A stretch of DNA of 64,000 nucleotides from an uncultured delta proteobacterium (GTDB lineage: Bacteria > Myxococcota_A > Polyangia > Palsa-1104). The notes below the pieces were generated by a model. It saw nothing but the letters and a program-made list of their open reading frames with translations, did no database searches and had not been told where the DNA came from. Positions 22,781-31,833 of the stretch are shown piece by piece (the stretch's first letter is position 1; each line of letters begins with the position of its first letter). The translations under genes were made by a program, and so were the position numbers. The stretch is taken from the NCBI GenBank assembly GCA_963785725.1, contig CAWAWS010000003.1, positions 96,001-160,000 of the forward strand, given 5' to 3'.

Positions 22781-23251
22781 TCAGAAACGGAAGAGCGCGT
22801 CGTTGCTGCTGCTGGTACGCCTGCGCAGCGCGCGCTCGCGCCGGGCGCCGGTAGCCCAGACGGGCAGGCCGACCAACATGATGAGGTCGCTCGAGAGGCT
22901 GACGAGAACGCCGGAGATGAAGATCGACTGGGCGCGATGGCTGGCCGCGCTCTGCGCCGGCGACGCGCCGCCACCGCACGGTCCTTCCTCGGGCGCGAAG
23001 CTCGAGAAGCACGAATTGGGCATCGTGACGCCGGCGACCAGCAGGCTGGCGCCGAGCGCGTTCAAGCCGAAGCCGACGGCGCTGATGCCGGCGCCGGTGA
23101 GCTTCGCTTCACGGGCCGCCGCCAGATACTCGGCCTTCTCGTCGGCGCGCGCGGGCCCGGCCACATCGGCGAAGAGGACCACGCCCGCGATCGCGGCGGC
23201 ATAGAGGCGAAGGCGAAGCAGGCGAGGAGGTCTACGTTGGTCGTGGCTCAC
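22781..23251 (-). CDS. Hypothetical membrane/secreted protein
   Basis: Signal peptide ending PARA-D; two hydrophobic segments. Confidence 0.5.
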   Translation of the reverse strand: MSHDQRRPPRLLRLRLYAAAIAGVVLFADVAGPARADEKAEYLAAAREAKLTGAGISAVGFGLNALGASLLVAGVTMPNSCFSSFAPEEGPCGGGASPAQSAASHRAQSIFISGVLVSLSSDLIMLVGLPVWATGARRERALRRRTSSSNDALFRF

Positions 23252-23554
23252 GTTGCGCGGTCATCGCAACTCGCGGGCCAAGCTGCATCCCGCGCAAGCT
23301 CCGCATCAGACGCGTCTCTCGCACGGCGGCCGCGGTGAAAAGCGGACGGCAGATGTTGGACCACCGACGACGTGTGCGACGAGGCGCGGAACCGGCCGAC
23401 ATCGCACGTCACGACAGAGTCGCCGAACAGCCACCGTGAAACGAGCGCACAGGCTCTTCTTTATAGATTAAGATGAATCGTCTTACGTGTTTTCAGCGTG
23501 GTGCTCCATGCGTAGGCTGAGGTTCGACTCCTGCTGCCCCAGCGTGCCGGCGCG

Positions 23555-25270
23555 ATGAGCTCGCGGCCGGGCGTCGCGTTCGGTCGCTACCGCCTCGTCG
23601 AGCCGCTGGGCTCGGGCGGCATGGCCGTCGTCCATCGCGCGGTCATCGACGGTCCGCGCGGCTTCGCCAAGACGCTCGTCGTCAAGCGCATCCTCGCGCA
23701 GTATTCGCACGATCCGAGCTTCGTCAGCATGCTCGTCTCCGAAGCGCGGCTGTCGGCGCTGCTGCGCCATCCGGCGATCGTCCAGGTCCACGACTTCGGC
23801 GAGGTCGGCGGCGAGTACTTCCTGGCGATGGAGTACATCGAGGGCCACGATCTCGTCGCCGTCCGCAAGGGCTGCCGCGCGGCCAAGACGTTCCCGCCGC
23901 CGGGGCTCGTGTGCCACATCGTCTCCGAGGTGGCGGCGGCGCTGGCCTACGCGCACGCGCTCACCGACGAGGACGACCGCCCGCTCGAGATCGTGCATCG
24001 CGACGTCAGCCCGTCGAACATCATGGTCACCAAGCAGGGCAGCGTGAAGCTGCTCGACTTCGGCATCGCGCGCGCGGCCGAGTGTGTCCGCGACGAGCGC
24101 ACGCGCACGGGCACCGGCACGCTCAAGGGCAAGATCAGCTACATGGCGCCGGAGCAGGCCGACGGGCTCGGCACCGACCGGCGCTCCGACATCTTCGCGC
24201 TCGGGGTGGTCTTCTACGAGTGCCTGACGCTGCGCCGGCTCTTCAAGTCCGACAACGAGCTGACCACGCTGCGGCTGGTGCGCGAAGCCAACGTGCGTCC
24301 GCCGTCGGAGCTCGCGCCCGACATCGGGGCCGATATCGACGCGGTCGTGCGCCAGATGCTGACGCGCGATCCCGCCGAGCGCTACGGCAGCTGCGACGAG
24401 GTCGTCGCGGCGCTGGCGCCGATCATCCATCGCCTGCACGCCGACGCGCCTGCGCTCAAGCGCTTTCTCGCGAAGGTGCCGCCGATCCGCGCGGCCGCGC
24501 CGGCTGCGCCGGCCGCGTCGCCCACGACGATCCTGGGCGAGCTGAAGGAGAGCGAAGCGGCGACGACGCCGGCCACGCCCAGCCGGCACGAGCCGCCGGT
24601 GTCCGCCGACGAAGCGGCGCCGACGACGGCGACCCACTCGATGGGCGAGATCAACCCGGTGAGCGGGCTGCGGCCGCCGTCGCGCCTGCGCTCGCCGACG
24701 ATCTGGATCACCGCCGTGGCGGTGGCGGCGCTGCTGCTGCATTTGGCGCTGCGCCACGAGCCGAGCCCGGCCCCGACAACGCCGGCGACGACGACGCCAG
24801 CGCCGCCGGCGGCGACGACGCCGCCACCGCCGGGGACGACGACGATGACACCGACGACACCGACAGCGCCGCCGATGACGACGACACCGCCGCCGCCACC
24901 GCCGACGGCGACCCGCAGCGTCGTCGCGTCAACGCCGGCGCCGTCGTCCAAGCCGCCCGTCGACAAGCCGCAGGCGCGGCTGCGCGTCACAGGGACGGCG
25001 GGCGCCGAGATCCTCGTCGACGGAGCGCTCGTCGGACACGTGCCCGCCGCGCTGCGGCTGCCCGGCGATGCCGCGAAGCACGAGCTGATGGTGCGACGGC
25101 CCGGCTTCGTGCGCATGACGCGCACCATCGCGCTCGCGAGCGACTCGCCGCTCGACATCGACGCGCAGCTGCAACGCATGCCGCCCGCGCCGTCGCGCCA
25201 CGCGGCGCCGTCTCCGCCGCGCAAGCCGAAGGTCGACGCGCTCAAGCCGGTCGATCCCTTCGCCGAGTAG
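23555..25270 (+). CDS. Hanks-type Ser/Thr kinase with TM helix and PEGA domain
   Basis: LGSGGMAVV, HRDVSPSN, DFG, YMAPEQ and DIFALG motifs; AEILVDG PEGA motif. Confidence 0.92.
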   Translation: MSSRPGVAFGRYRLVEPLGSGGMAVVHRAVIDGPRGFAKTLVVKRILAQYSHDPSFVSMLVSEARLSALLRHPAIVQVHDFGEVGGEYFLAMEYIEGHDLVAVRKGCRAAKTFPPPGLVCHIVSEVAAALAYAHALTDEDDRPLEIVHRDVSPSNIMVTKQGSVKLLDFGIARAAECVRDERTRTGTGTLKGKISYMAPEQADGLGTDRRSDIFALGVVFYECLTLRRLFKSDNELTTLRLVREANVRPPSELAPDIGADIDAVVRQMLTRDPAERYGSCDEVVAALAPIIHRLHADAPALKRFLAKVPPIRAAAPAAPAASPTTILGELKESEAATTPATPSRHEPPVSADEAAPTTATHSMGEINPVSGLRPPSRLRSPTIWITAVAVAALLLHLALRHEPSPAPTTPATTTPAPPAATTPPPPGTTTMTPTTPTAPPMTTTPPPPPPTATRSVVASTPAPSSKPPVDKPQARLRVTGTAGAEILVDGALVGHVPAALRLPGDAAKHELMVRRPGFVRMTRTIALASDSPLDIDAQLQRMPPAPSRHAAPSPPRKPKVDALKPVDPFAE

Positions 25271-25365
25271 ACATGACGGGTGAGCGATCATCGCGCATGT
25301 CGGTGAGACGTCTCCTCGTTGACGAAAGTGCGCGTTCCTTGATACGGTCGATAAAGGGAAATCGT

Positions 25366-26067
25366 GTGAACCGAGTCGGAGTCAGGTGCCTCGCGCTGCT
25401 GTTTGCGCTCGCGCTAATACCCTCGGCTGCACATGCCGAGGGGCGTGACGAGGCGCGCATTTTGTACAAGCGCGGCCAGGATCACTTCAATCACGGTCAG
25501 TTCAAATCGGCGTTCGAGGAGTTCAGCCAATGCTACGCGCTGAGCCCGCGTCCGCTCCTCCTCTACGACATGGGGTTGACGGCATTGCGGCTGGAGAAGT
25601 ACGACACCGCGCTCGATCTATTGCGCCGCTTTTTGTCGACGATGGACAAGCCCACGCCCGAGCGCAACACGGCCGAGGCGCTGGTGGCCCGGCTGCAAGC
25701 GAGCGGTTCGCGCGGCGATCCGGGCACGCCGACGCCGCCGCTGTCCGAGCCGGCCAGCCCGACGGCCGTCAGCCCGACGCCGGCCAGCCCGACGCCGGCC
25801 AGCCCGACGGCCGTCAGCTCGACGCCGGCCAGCCCGACGCCGACGCCGGTCGTGGACGGAGCGTTGACTGCGACGGCGGCGAGCCCGTCATTGACCGCGC
25901 CGCCGACGCTGACGCAGCAGGCGGCGCCGCCGCCGCGACGGCGCGGGCTCATCTTGGGGCTGAGCATCGGCGCGGCGGCCGTCGTGGTCGGCGCAGTCGC
26001 GATCGGCATCGTGTTCGGCACCGAGCGCGGCCCGACGACGACGATCGGCAGCGGGCACCTGCAGTGA
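25366..26067 (+). CDS. Secreted TPR protein with C-terminal membrane anchor
   Basis: Signal peptide AHA-E; TPR-like helices; PASPT repeats; hydrophobic tail. Confidence 0.75.
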   Translation: MNRVGVRCLALLFALALIPSAAHAEGRDEARILYKRGQDHFNHGQFKSAFEEFSQCYALSPRPLLLYDMGLTALRLEKYDTALDLLRRFLSTMDKPTPERNTAEALVARLQASGSRGDPGTPTPPLSEPASPTAVSPTPASPTPASPTAVSSTPASPTPTPVVDGALTATAASPSLTAPPTLTQQAAPPPRRRGLILGLSIGAAAVVVGAVAIGIVFGTERGPTTTIGSGHLQ

Positions 26068-27488
26068 GAGCGCTCATCGTCCTCGCCTTGCTCGCCCAAG
26101 GCTGCCTGATCCGACCGTGCGACGACGGGACGCTGTTCATCGAGCTGACGATGAGCACCGCCGCGACGCACGCCGACCAGCTGCAGTTCGACGCGACCTA
26201 CGGCGGGCAGCACTCGCAAGCGCTGGTGCGCTACACGTCCGGCGCGACGACGGGCACCGTCCAGCTCGACTTCCCGCACGGCTATCCGCGCGGACTCGAG
26301 CTCGCGCTCACGGTCACGGCGCTGCAAGGCGCGAGCATCCTCGCGACCGGATCGACGTCGGCGAGGCTGAGCGGCAGCTGCGCGCGCATCTCGGTCGCGC
26401 TCGCCGACGTGACCGCGAACGGCCCCGATGGTGGCAACGGTGGCGATCTCGCCGCCGCGGCCGACGCCGCAGTCGACGCTGCGGTCGACGACGGCGCCAC
26501 CGACCTGGCGCCGCCGCTGCGGTCGCTCGACGGCAGCGTCGGGGCGCCGCTCCCCGTCGCCACGAGCCTGTCGCCCGCGTCGGTGATCGTCGGCGCAGGC
26601 GCGACCAAGCTGACGGTGACCGGCTCGGGCTTCGTGGCGACGTCGCAGATCACCTTCAACAACACGGCGGCGACGACGACCTTCGTGGACGCGAGCCACG
26701 TCAGCGCGACGCTCACCTCGGCGCAGCTGGCCACGATCGCCACCATCCAGGTGCGCGTCGTGACCCCGGCGCCGGGCGGCGGCACGTCGGCCGCCCTGCC
26801 GTTCGCGGTCAGCTGCCAGCCGATCACGAGCGGCCTGCTCGCCCACTGGACGATGGACACCTCCTCGATCAGCGGCACCACGCTGGCCGACAGCTCGGGC
26901 AACCACAACGACGGCACGCTCAGCGGCTTTACGGCGCCGGTGACGGTCACGGGCGAGCTCGGCCAGGCGCTGTCGTATCCCGCGTCGGGCAGCGCGCACG
27001 TCGCCGTTCCCTCGATCGCGCTCGATCTGACGGCGGGACATACGAACAGCTTTTCCTTCTGGTTCTATCGCGCGGCCGGCTCGGTCAACGACGTGCTGTT
27101 CTTGCTGCCGTCGCCCTACGGTTCGCGATACGACCTGTGGCTGACGGGGAGCGCCGGCCAGTTCCTCTGCTTCAACAGCGGAAACAACGATTGCTTCGGC
27201 GTTCAGAACAACAACCTCATCGGTCGCTGGGTCCACGTCGTGGCCCTCTTCGGCAACGGCTCGACGGCGACCTCCAACCTCTACATCGACGGCGTGCAGT
27301 ACACGCCGTCATGCCTCACCGGCAGCGGATTCGAGCCCTGCCAGAGCAGCACCGCCGGGCTGCCGGTCAGCCTCGGCGGCGACACCGACTTCTACTTCCA
27401 CGGGCTGTTCGACGAAGTCCGCGTCTACGACCGCGCCTTGACGGCGAGCGAAGTGACGACGTTGTACAGCGGCAACGTCTGCCCGTAG
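26064..27488 (+). CDS. Lipoprotein with IPT/TIG and LamG-like domains
   Basis: LAQGC lipobox; LTVTGSGF; WVHVV...LYIDG...GLFDEVRVYDRALT. Confidence 0.8.
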   Translation: MRALIVLALLAQGCLIRPCDDGTLFIELTMSTAATHADQLQFDATYGGQHSQALVRYTSGATTGTVQLDFPHGYPRGLELALTVTALQGASILATGSTSARLSGSCARISVALADVTANGPDGGNGGDLAAAADAAVDAAVDDGATDLAPPLRSLDGSVGAPLPVATSLSPASVIVGAGATKLTVTGSGFVATSQITFNNTAATTTFVDASHVSATLTSAQLATIATIQVRVVTPAPGGGTSAALPFAVSCQPITSGLLAHWTMDTSSISGTTLADSSGNHNDGTLSGFTAPVTVTGELGQALSYPASGSAHVAVPSIALDLTAGHTNSFSFWFYRAAGSVNDVLFLLPSPYGSRYDLWLTGSAGQFLCFNSGNNDCFGVQNNNLIGRWVHVVALFGNGSTATSNLYIDGVQYTPSCLTGSGFEPCQSSTAGLPVSLGGDTDFYFHGLFDEVRVYDRALTASEVTTLYSGNVCP

Positions 27489-27524
27489 CGCTGCGCCGAA
27501 TGGCGACCTCATGAGAAGTATGGG

Positions 27525-27606
27525 CGGAGAGCGGCGGTCACGATCCGCACGCAAAAGCGCGCACCGGTTTCGAGCCGGGCTCGGGGCCATCCCCAATTCA
27601 CTCTCC
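27525..27606 (-). tRNA. tRNA-Ser(CGA) with non-canonical 8/4 fold
   Basis: GGAGAGTG/CGCTCTCC 8-bp acceptor stem, 6-bp D-stem, loop CT-CGA-AA, variable arm, 4-bp T-stem, G73. Confidence 0.7.
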
Positions 27607-27654
27607 GGAAGTTGCCCGCGAGAACCGGCGGGCGCGGCTGTTACGACGTGAAGC

Positions 27655-28821
27655 TCAGCCCTTTACGCACAAGAGCTGCTTGAGCTCGGCCACGATCTCG
27701 ACCAGATCGCGCTGATTGGCCATGACCTGATCGATCGCCTTATAGGCGCCGGGGATCTCGTCGATGACGCCGTGATCCTTGCGGCACTCCACTCCCGCCG
27801 TCTGCGCGCGCAGATCGTCGAGCGTGAACGTTCGCTTGGCCGCCGAGCGCGACATGCGGCGGCCGGCGCCGTGCGACGCCGACTCGAAGGACTCGGCGTT
27901 GCCCAGGCCGCGTACGATGTACGAACGCGTTCCCATCGAGCCGGGGATGATGCCGAGCTCGCCGCGTCCGGCGCGGATCGCGCCCTTGCGCGTCACCAGC
28001 AGCTCGGCGCCGAAGTGCTGCTCCTCGGCGACATAGTTGTGGTGGCACGAAATGGGCGGCGCGAACGCCACGTCGGACCGAACGAAGCGCGCGAGCACGG
28101 AGCGGTAGAGCTCGAGCATCACCTGCCGATTCGCCGCCGCGTAGCGCTGCGCCCAGAACAGATCGCGACGATACGCGGCCATTTCCGCCGTGCCGGCCAA
28201 AAATACGGCCAGGTCGCGATCGGGCAGCTCACGGTTATGCGCCAGCTGCTTGGCGCGATGGATATGCAGCTCCGCCAGCTCCTTGCCGATGTTGCGCGAA
28301 CCGGAATGCAACATCAGCCAGACGCGATCTTCGGTGTCGAGACAGAGCTCGATGAAGTGGTTGCCTCCGCCCAGCGTTCCCAGCTGCTTGCGCGCCTTGC
28401 CCTCCAGCGACTGCACGCGCTCGTCGAGCGCACCGAACTCGGCGAACAGGTCGTAGTGGCGGGCCAGCTTCACGTCGTCGTGCGCGTTGAAGCCGACGGG
28501 GATCAGCGCTTCGATCGCCGCGCGCAGATCGCCGAGCTGCTCGGGCAGATCGTGCGAGGTCAAGTTGGTGCGCTGCGCGGCCATGCCGCAGCCGATATCG
28601 ACGCCGACGGCCGCGGGCGCGATCGCGTCTTTCATCGCCACGACCGAGCCGACGGTGGCGCCCTTGCCGAGGTGCACGTCGGGCATCACCGCGACGTGCG
28701 AGAAGCACCACGGCAGCGACGCGATGTTCTTGAGCTGCGTCAACGCCGCCGACTCGACCTCTTCGAGCGGCGCCCACATCTTGATGGGTACGTTCTTTCC
28801 TTTGAGCTCCGAGATGGACAT
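27655..28821 (-). CDS. rtcB: RNA 3'-phosphate/5'-OH ligase RtcB
   Basis: MPDVHLG, VGVDIGCG, GGGNHFIE, HSGSR, HHNY, PGSMG, SHGAGR and AYK motifs. Confidence 0.97.
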   Translation of the reverse strand: MSISELKGKNVPIKMWAPLEEVESAALTQLKNIASLPWCFSHVAVMPDVHLGKGATVGSVVAMKDAIAPAAVGVDIGCGMAAQRTNLTSHDLPEQLGDLRAAIEALIPVGFNAHDDVKLARHYDLFAEFGALDERVQSLEGKARKQLGTLGGGNHFIELCLDTEDRVWLMLHSGSRNIGKELAELHIHRAKQLAHNRELPDRDLAVFLAGTAEMAAYRRDLFWAQRYAAANRQVMLELYRSVLARFVRSDVAFAPPISCHHNYVAEEQHFGAELLVTRKGAIRAGRGELGIIPGSMGTRSYIVRGLGNAESFESASHGAGRRMSRSAAKRTFTLDDLRAQTAGVECRKDHGVIDEIPGAYKAIDQVMANQRDLVEIVAELKQLLCVKG

Positions 28822-28850
28822 GGGTTGTCTCCATTGTCTGGGTGAAAGAT

Positions 28851-28964
28851 AAAGCGATCAATCGCCGCCGTCGTGCTCGAGCTCGCCGTCTCAATGGACG
28901 GCGTTGCGCAGCCAGGCGCGCCTGCCGCGGCAGAGCGTCTGTGCGCGCGACGGGCCGATGCTTT
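28851..28964 (-). ncRNA. Structured RNA, Y-RNA candidate
   Basis: Ends pair (AAAGC..CCGTCG / CGACGG..GCTTT) around internal hairpins; lies between tRNA-Leu and rtcB. Confidence 0.35.
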
Positions 28965-28966
28965 CG

Positions 28967-29040
28967 TGCTCCGAGCGCGATTCGAACGCGCACTGGACGA
29001 CTTCTGAGACCGTCGCCTCTACCGATTGGGCTATCGGAGC
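28967..29040 (-). tRNA. tRNA-Leu(CAG), short variable loop
   Basis: GCTCCGA/TCGGAGC acceptor; loop CT-CAG-AA; TTCGAAT T-loop. Confidence 0.85.
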
Positions 29041-29069
29041 AAAACAGAGTGCCTCGGGCAGAGAGTGAG

Positions 29070-29136
29070 CAGGTCGCCGAGGAGTCGAACCTCGCTGCCC
29101 GGTTTTGGAAACCAGGCCGATCCCAGATCGCGACCC
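29070..29136 (-). tRNA. tRNA-Trp(CCA), reduced D-arm
   Basis: GGGTCGC/GCGACCT acceptor; loop TT-CCA-AA; D region only GATC-TGG-GATC. Confidence 0.75.
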
Positions 29137-29152
29137 AAGGGCGAACAAAATT

Positions 29153-29229
29153 GCAGCTGGTGGAAACGGAGGGTTACTCCGCGTCGGACACCCGTGTCCG
29201 ACATTCCGGGTGGGGGATAACCCAGCTGC
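29153..29229 (-). ncRNA. Small structured RNA (GCTGGGTTATC family, copy 2)
   Basis: Terminal stem GCAGCTGG/CCAGCTGC and two adjacent hairpins. Confidence 0.5.
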
Positions 29230-29270
29230 TCCGGCTCGCCGACAGCGAAACAAAACGCGGACGAGGAATC

Positions 29271-29337
29271 GGGCTGGGGTTGCGGGCTTCGAACCCGCGC
29301 CGGCGTTGGCCGGCTTCAACCGATGATAACCCAGCCC
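29271..29337 (-). ncRNA. Small structured RNA (GCTGGGTTATC family, copy 1) with a T-arm-like hairpin
   Basis: Terminal stem GGGCTGGG/CCCAGCCC; GCCGGC hairpin; GCGGG-TTCGAAG-CCCGC. Confidence 0.5.
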
Positions 29338-29349
29338 ATTCGGCCCGCG

Positions 29350-29423
29350 TGGAGCCACTCGTCGGAGTCGAACCGCCTTGCCCGTATACGAGACGGGTGC
29401 CTTCCCGGAAGGCAACGAGGGGC
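29350..29423 (-). tRNA. tRNA-Thr(CGT), irregular (6-bp D-stem, can fold 9/3)
   Basis: CCCGT-CTCGTAT-ACGGG anticodon arm; encoded CCA. Confidence 0.75.
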
Positions 29424-29495
29424 AAATGCCGGCCGCGATCGGCCGGCGGTATTACTCAGTCTTCGAACGCGCTCGTGTTCCCATTACAGTTACAG

Positions 29496-31145
29496 TTACG
29501 GACGTGGCCGCGTGCGCGCGAAGTCGGCCAAGATCGTCGGCGTGGCCGTATCGAAGCCGACCACGTCGAGCATCCCGGCATCCGTCGGATCGGCGATCGA
29601 GAAGCCGTTCGACACCATGCCCACGACCACCAGCTTGGCCGCGATTCCCAGGCGCTGCCGATACTGTCGCAGCGCCTGCGCCGGATGGATGCCGCCGGCC
29701 CACGTCTCCGAGTCGGTGTAGATGACGAACGTATCCACCTCGACGCGGCGCTCGATCGCCCACAACATCGGCTGCGCGCAGTCGGTGCCGCCGAAGGGCA
29801 GCCCGCTGACCCGCTCGACGGCGCGGTCGAGCCGCCAGTGCGGCGAGATGTCGAGCTCCGTCAGCGACGGTGCACCGCCACCATATTGCCCGCCGTACTG
29901 GCCGTTGCCGGCGCTCGTGAAGGCGACGAAGGCGTGCTGCTTCTCCGTCGCCGCCGTCACCAGCGCCATCGCCGCGCTCGCCACGCGCGGCGTCAGCCCG
30001 GGCACGCCCGCCACCGCGCCGCCGTCCATCGAGCCCGAGACGTCGAGCGCCAGCAGCGTCCGCATGCCCGATGGCTCGACATGCTTGAACGACGCATGGA
30101 ACGCGTCGCTCAGCGCGTCGACGATCGCGGCCCGCGGCGTCCACGTGTGCTGGCCGCGGACGCCGCGACCGGCGGCGTACGTCTTGAGCGCCGCCAGGAT
30201 CGCGATCGGATGGATGCGCGCCGCCGCCAGCCGCGCGCCGTCGCGCAGCCGGTCGGCCACGAGCCGCGTGGCGTCGCTGAGCACGCCCAGCAGCCCGACG
30301 CGGGTCATCGTCGCCAGGTTGCGGATCAGCGCCGCCAGCGGCATGTGCTCGAGCAGCGCCTCCCACACGCGCGCCTCGTCGAGCCACACCGTCGGGACGC
30401 ACTCGCGCGGCAGGTTGTGCTGCGTCACCAGCCGCACGATCTCGCGCACGTCGGTCGCGCGCTTGGCCTGCTCGAAGGCGTCGACGAGCGCCAGCGCCGG
30501 CGGCACCGGCTGCCGCAGCTCGCCGCGCACGATCCAATGATAGAGCTCGTCGTGCTCGGCCGACGGCGCCTTCGGGTGGGCGAGACGCAGCAGATCGCGC
30601 GTCGACCAGCCGTCGCGCGACTGATACTTCACCGCCTGGTACGCGACAGTACCAACGGGCTTGTCATTGAACCAGCGCTGCACCGCCGTCCGCGTAGCGC
30701 GGCCCCAACCACCGAACGCTTGTACGTATTCGGCGAAGTGCATGAGGTGCGTGCCCGTGCGGCAGACCTGGGGCAGCGCCGCCAGGGCCGCGCGGCGCGT
30801 CGCGAAGTCGCCGCGCTTGGCGGCCATCGCCAGCGCGAAGATCGCCGGATCGTTCTTGGGCGCCCGGCCGGCGTCGCTGACGGCGACGATCTGCGCGACG
30901 GTGCGCGCGCCGTCGCCGTCGATGCAGCGGGCGACCGCCTCGGCGTTCTCCCGCGTCAACGCCGGCTCCTTGGCGTAATAGCTGCCGCCCTCGGTGCCGA
31001 GAATCAGGAAGCGGTCGAGCCGCGTCCAGTCGTCGACGGCCCAGGCGAAGCCGCCGCCGGAGTTGGCGACCTGCGTCGAGCCCGGAATGGGCTGCGACTG
31101 CGGCGTCTGGTTGAGCGAGAACAGCTTTCCATAGTTGATACCCAC
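29496..31145 (-). CDS. rsr: Ro60 ortholog (TROVE + vWA domains)
   Basis: NSGGGF..RLDRFLILGTEGGSYY, KYQSRDGWS, LIRNL, DVSGSM MIDAS, GGTDC and DVVGFD motifs; AAGGAGGT RBS. Confidence 0.96.
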   Translation of the reverse strand: MGINYGKLFSLNQTPQSQPIPGSTQVANSGGGFAWAVDDWTRLDRFLILGTEGGSYYAKEPALTRENAEAVARCIDGDGARTVAQIVAVSDAGRAPKNDPAIFALAMAAKRGDFATRRAALAALPQVCRTGTHLMHFAEYVQAFGGWGRATRTAVQRWFNDKPVGTVAYQAVKYQSRDGWSTRDLLRLAHPKAPSAEHDELYHWIVRGELRQPVPPALALVDAFEQAKRATDVREIVRLVTQHNLPRECVPTVWLDEARVWEALLEHMPLAALIRNLATMTRVGLLGVLSDATRLVADRLRDGARLAAARIHPIAILAALKTYAAGRGVRGQHTWTPRAAIVDALSDAFHASFKHVEPSGMRTLLALDVSGSMDGGAVAGVPGLTPRVASAAMALVTAATEKQHAFVAFTSAGNGQYGGQYGGGAPSLTELDISPHWRLDRAVERVSGLPFGGTDCAQPMLWAIERRVEVDTFVIYTDSETWAGGIHPAQALRQYRQRLGIAAKLVVVGMVSNGFSIADPTDAGMLDVVGFDTATPTILADFARTRPRP

Positions 31146-31187
31146 GGCTCACCTCCTTACGGCCCGCTCCATACGGGCGATTCAGGT

Positions 31188-31263
31188 TGGTACGGAGCCA
31201 GGGAATCGAACCCTGCGCAGCGAGTTTGTAGGACTCGTATCACCCCCAGGTGAGCTGCTCCGC
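31188..31263 (-). tRNA. tRNA-Val(TAC), C33
   Basis: CGAGT-CCTACAA-ACTCG anticodon arm; encoded CCA. Confidence 0.75.
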
Positions 31264-31284
31264 ATGAAATGCAATGCAATGACG

Positions 31285-31357
31285 TGCTCCCGGCAGGAGT
31301 CGAACCTGCAATGTCCGGTTTAGAAGACCGGCGCCCATTCCATTGGGCTTCGAGAGC
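31285..31357 (-). tRNA. tRNA-Arg(TCT)
   Basis: CCGGT-CTTCTAA-ACCGG; full cloverleaf. Confidence 0.9.
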
Positions 31358-31377
31358 GATTGGACGCAAACAAGCAG

Positions 31378-31450
31378 TGCTCCCGGCAGGAGTCGAACCT
31401 GCACTTCATCCTTCGCAGGGATGTGACCTATCCATTAGTGCGACGGGAGC
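31378..31450 (-). tRNA. tRNA-Arg(GCG)
   Basis: CATCC-CTGCGAA-GGATG; weak D-stem. Confidence 0.8.
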
Positions 31451-31464
31451 TTGAATACATCGAG

Positions 31465-31536
31465 TGTCCTCGCCAGGAATCGAACCTGGAATGTCGGCTT
31501 CGGAGACCGGCGTGAGATCCATTTCACTACGAGGAC
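31465..31536 (-). tRNA. tRNA-Arg(CCG)
   Basis: Loop CT-CCG-AA; GTCCTCG/CGAGGAC acceptor. Confidence 0.88.
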
Positions 31537-31556
31537 GACGCTGTCACTTCAGTGAG

Positions 31557-31749
31557 TAGTCGTGGCGGGATTCGAACCCGCACGGTCGAAGCAAGAGATC
31601 CTCTGAGGAAACGCGCTTCCCTGCCAAAGCGTTCCCGCCCGGGCCCGGTGCATCCGTAAACCTTGGATCTCGCCGCCGTCAGGCGTCTCCGACTGCTTTC
31701 GCTATCGGTTTCCGTTTTTCCGACGCGCTCCCTTTTGCGCTACACGACC
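31557..31749 (-). ncRNA. 193-nt tRNA-like RNA with a large domain replacing the anticodon loop
   Basis: Acceptor GGTCGTG/CACGACT, D-arm GCGC/GCGC, T-arm GCGGG-TTCGAAT-CCCGC; stem GTCGGA/TTCGAC encloses a multi-hairpin insert. Confidence 0.7.
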
Positions 31750-31760
31750 ATTCGAAACGG

Positions 31761-31833
31761 TGGAGTCGGAGGGAGTTGAACCCTCGTCTCTGCGATGCGA
31801 GCGCAGCGTGTTCCCGTTATTCACCACGACCCC
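31761..31833 (-). tRNA. tRNA-Ala(CGC)
   Basis: G3:U70 pair; CTGCG-CTCGCAT-CGCAG. Confidence 0.88.

Noticed and set aside
28842..31253. 803-aa plus-strand ORF and similar long Arg/Ala-rich ORFs
   Set aside because: Shadow frames antisense to or overlapping real genes and tRNAs, as expected at high GC
31557..31749. Group I intron-containing tRNA or tmRNA
   Set aside because: Insert of ~125 nt with no recognisable group I core; no G3:U70 pair or tag ORF
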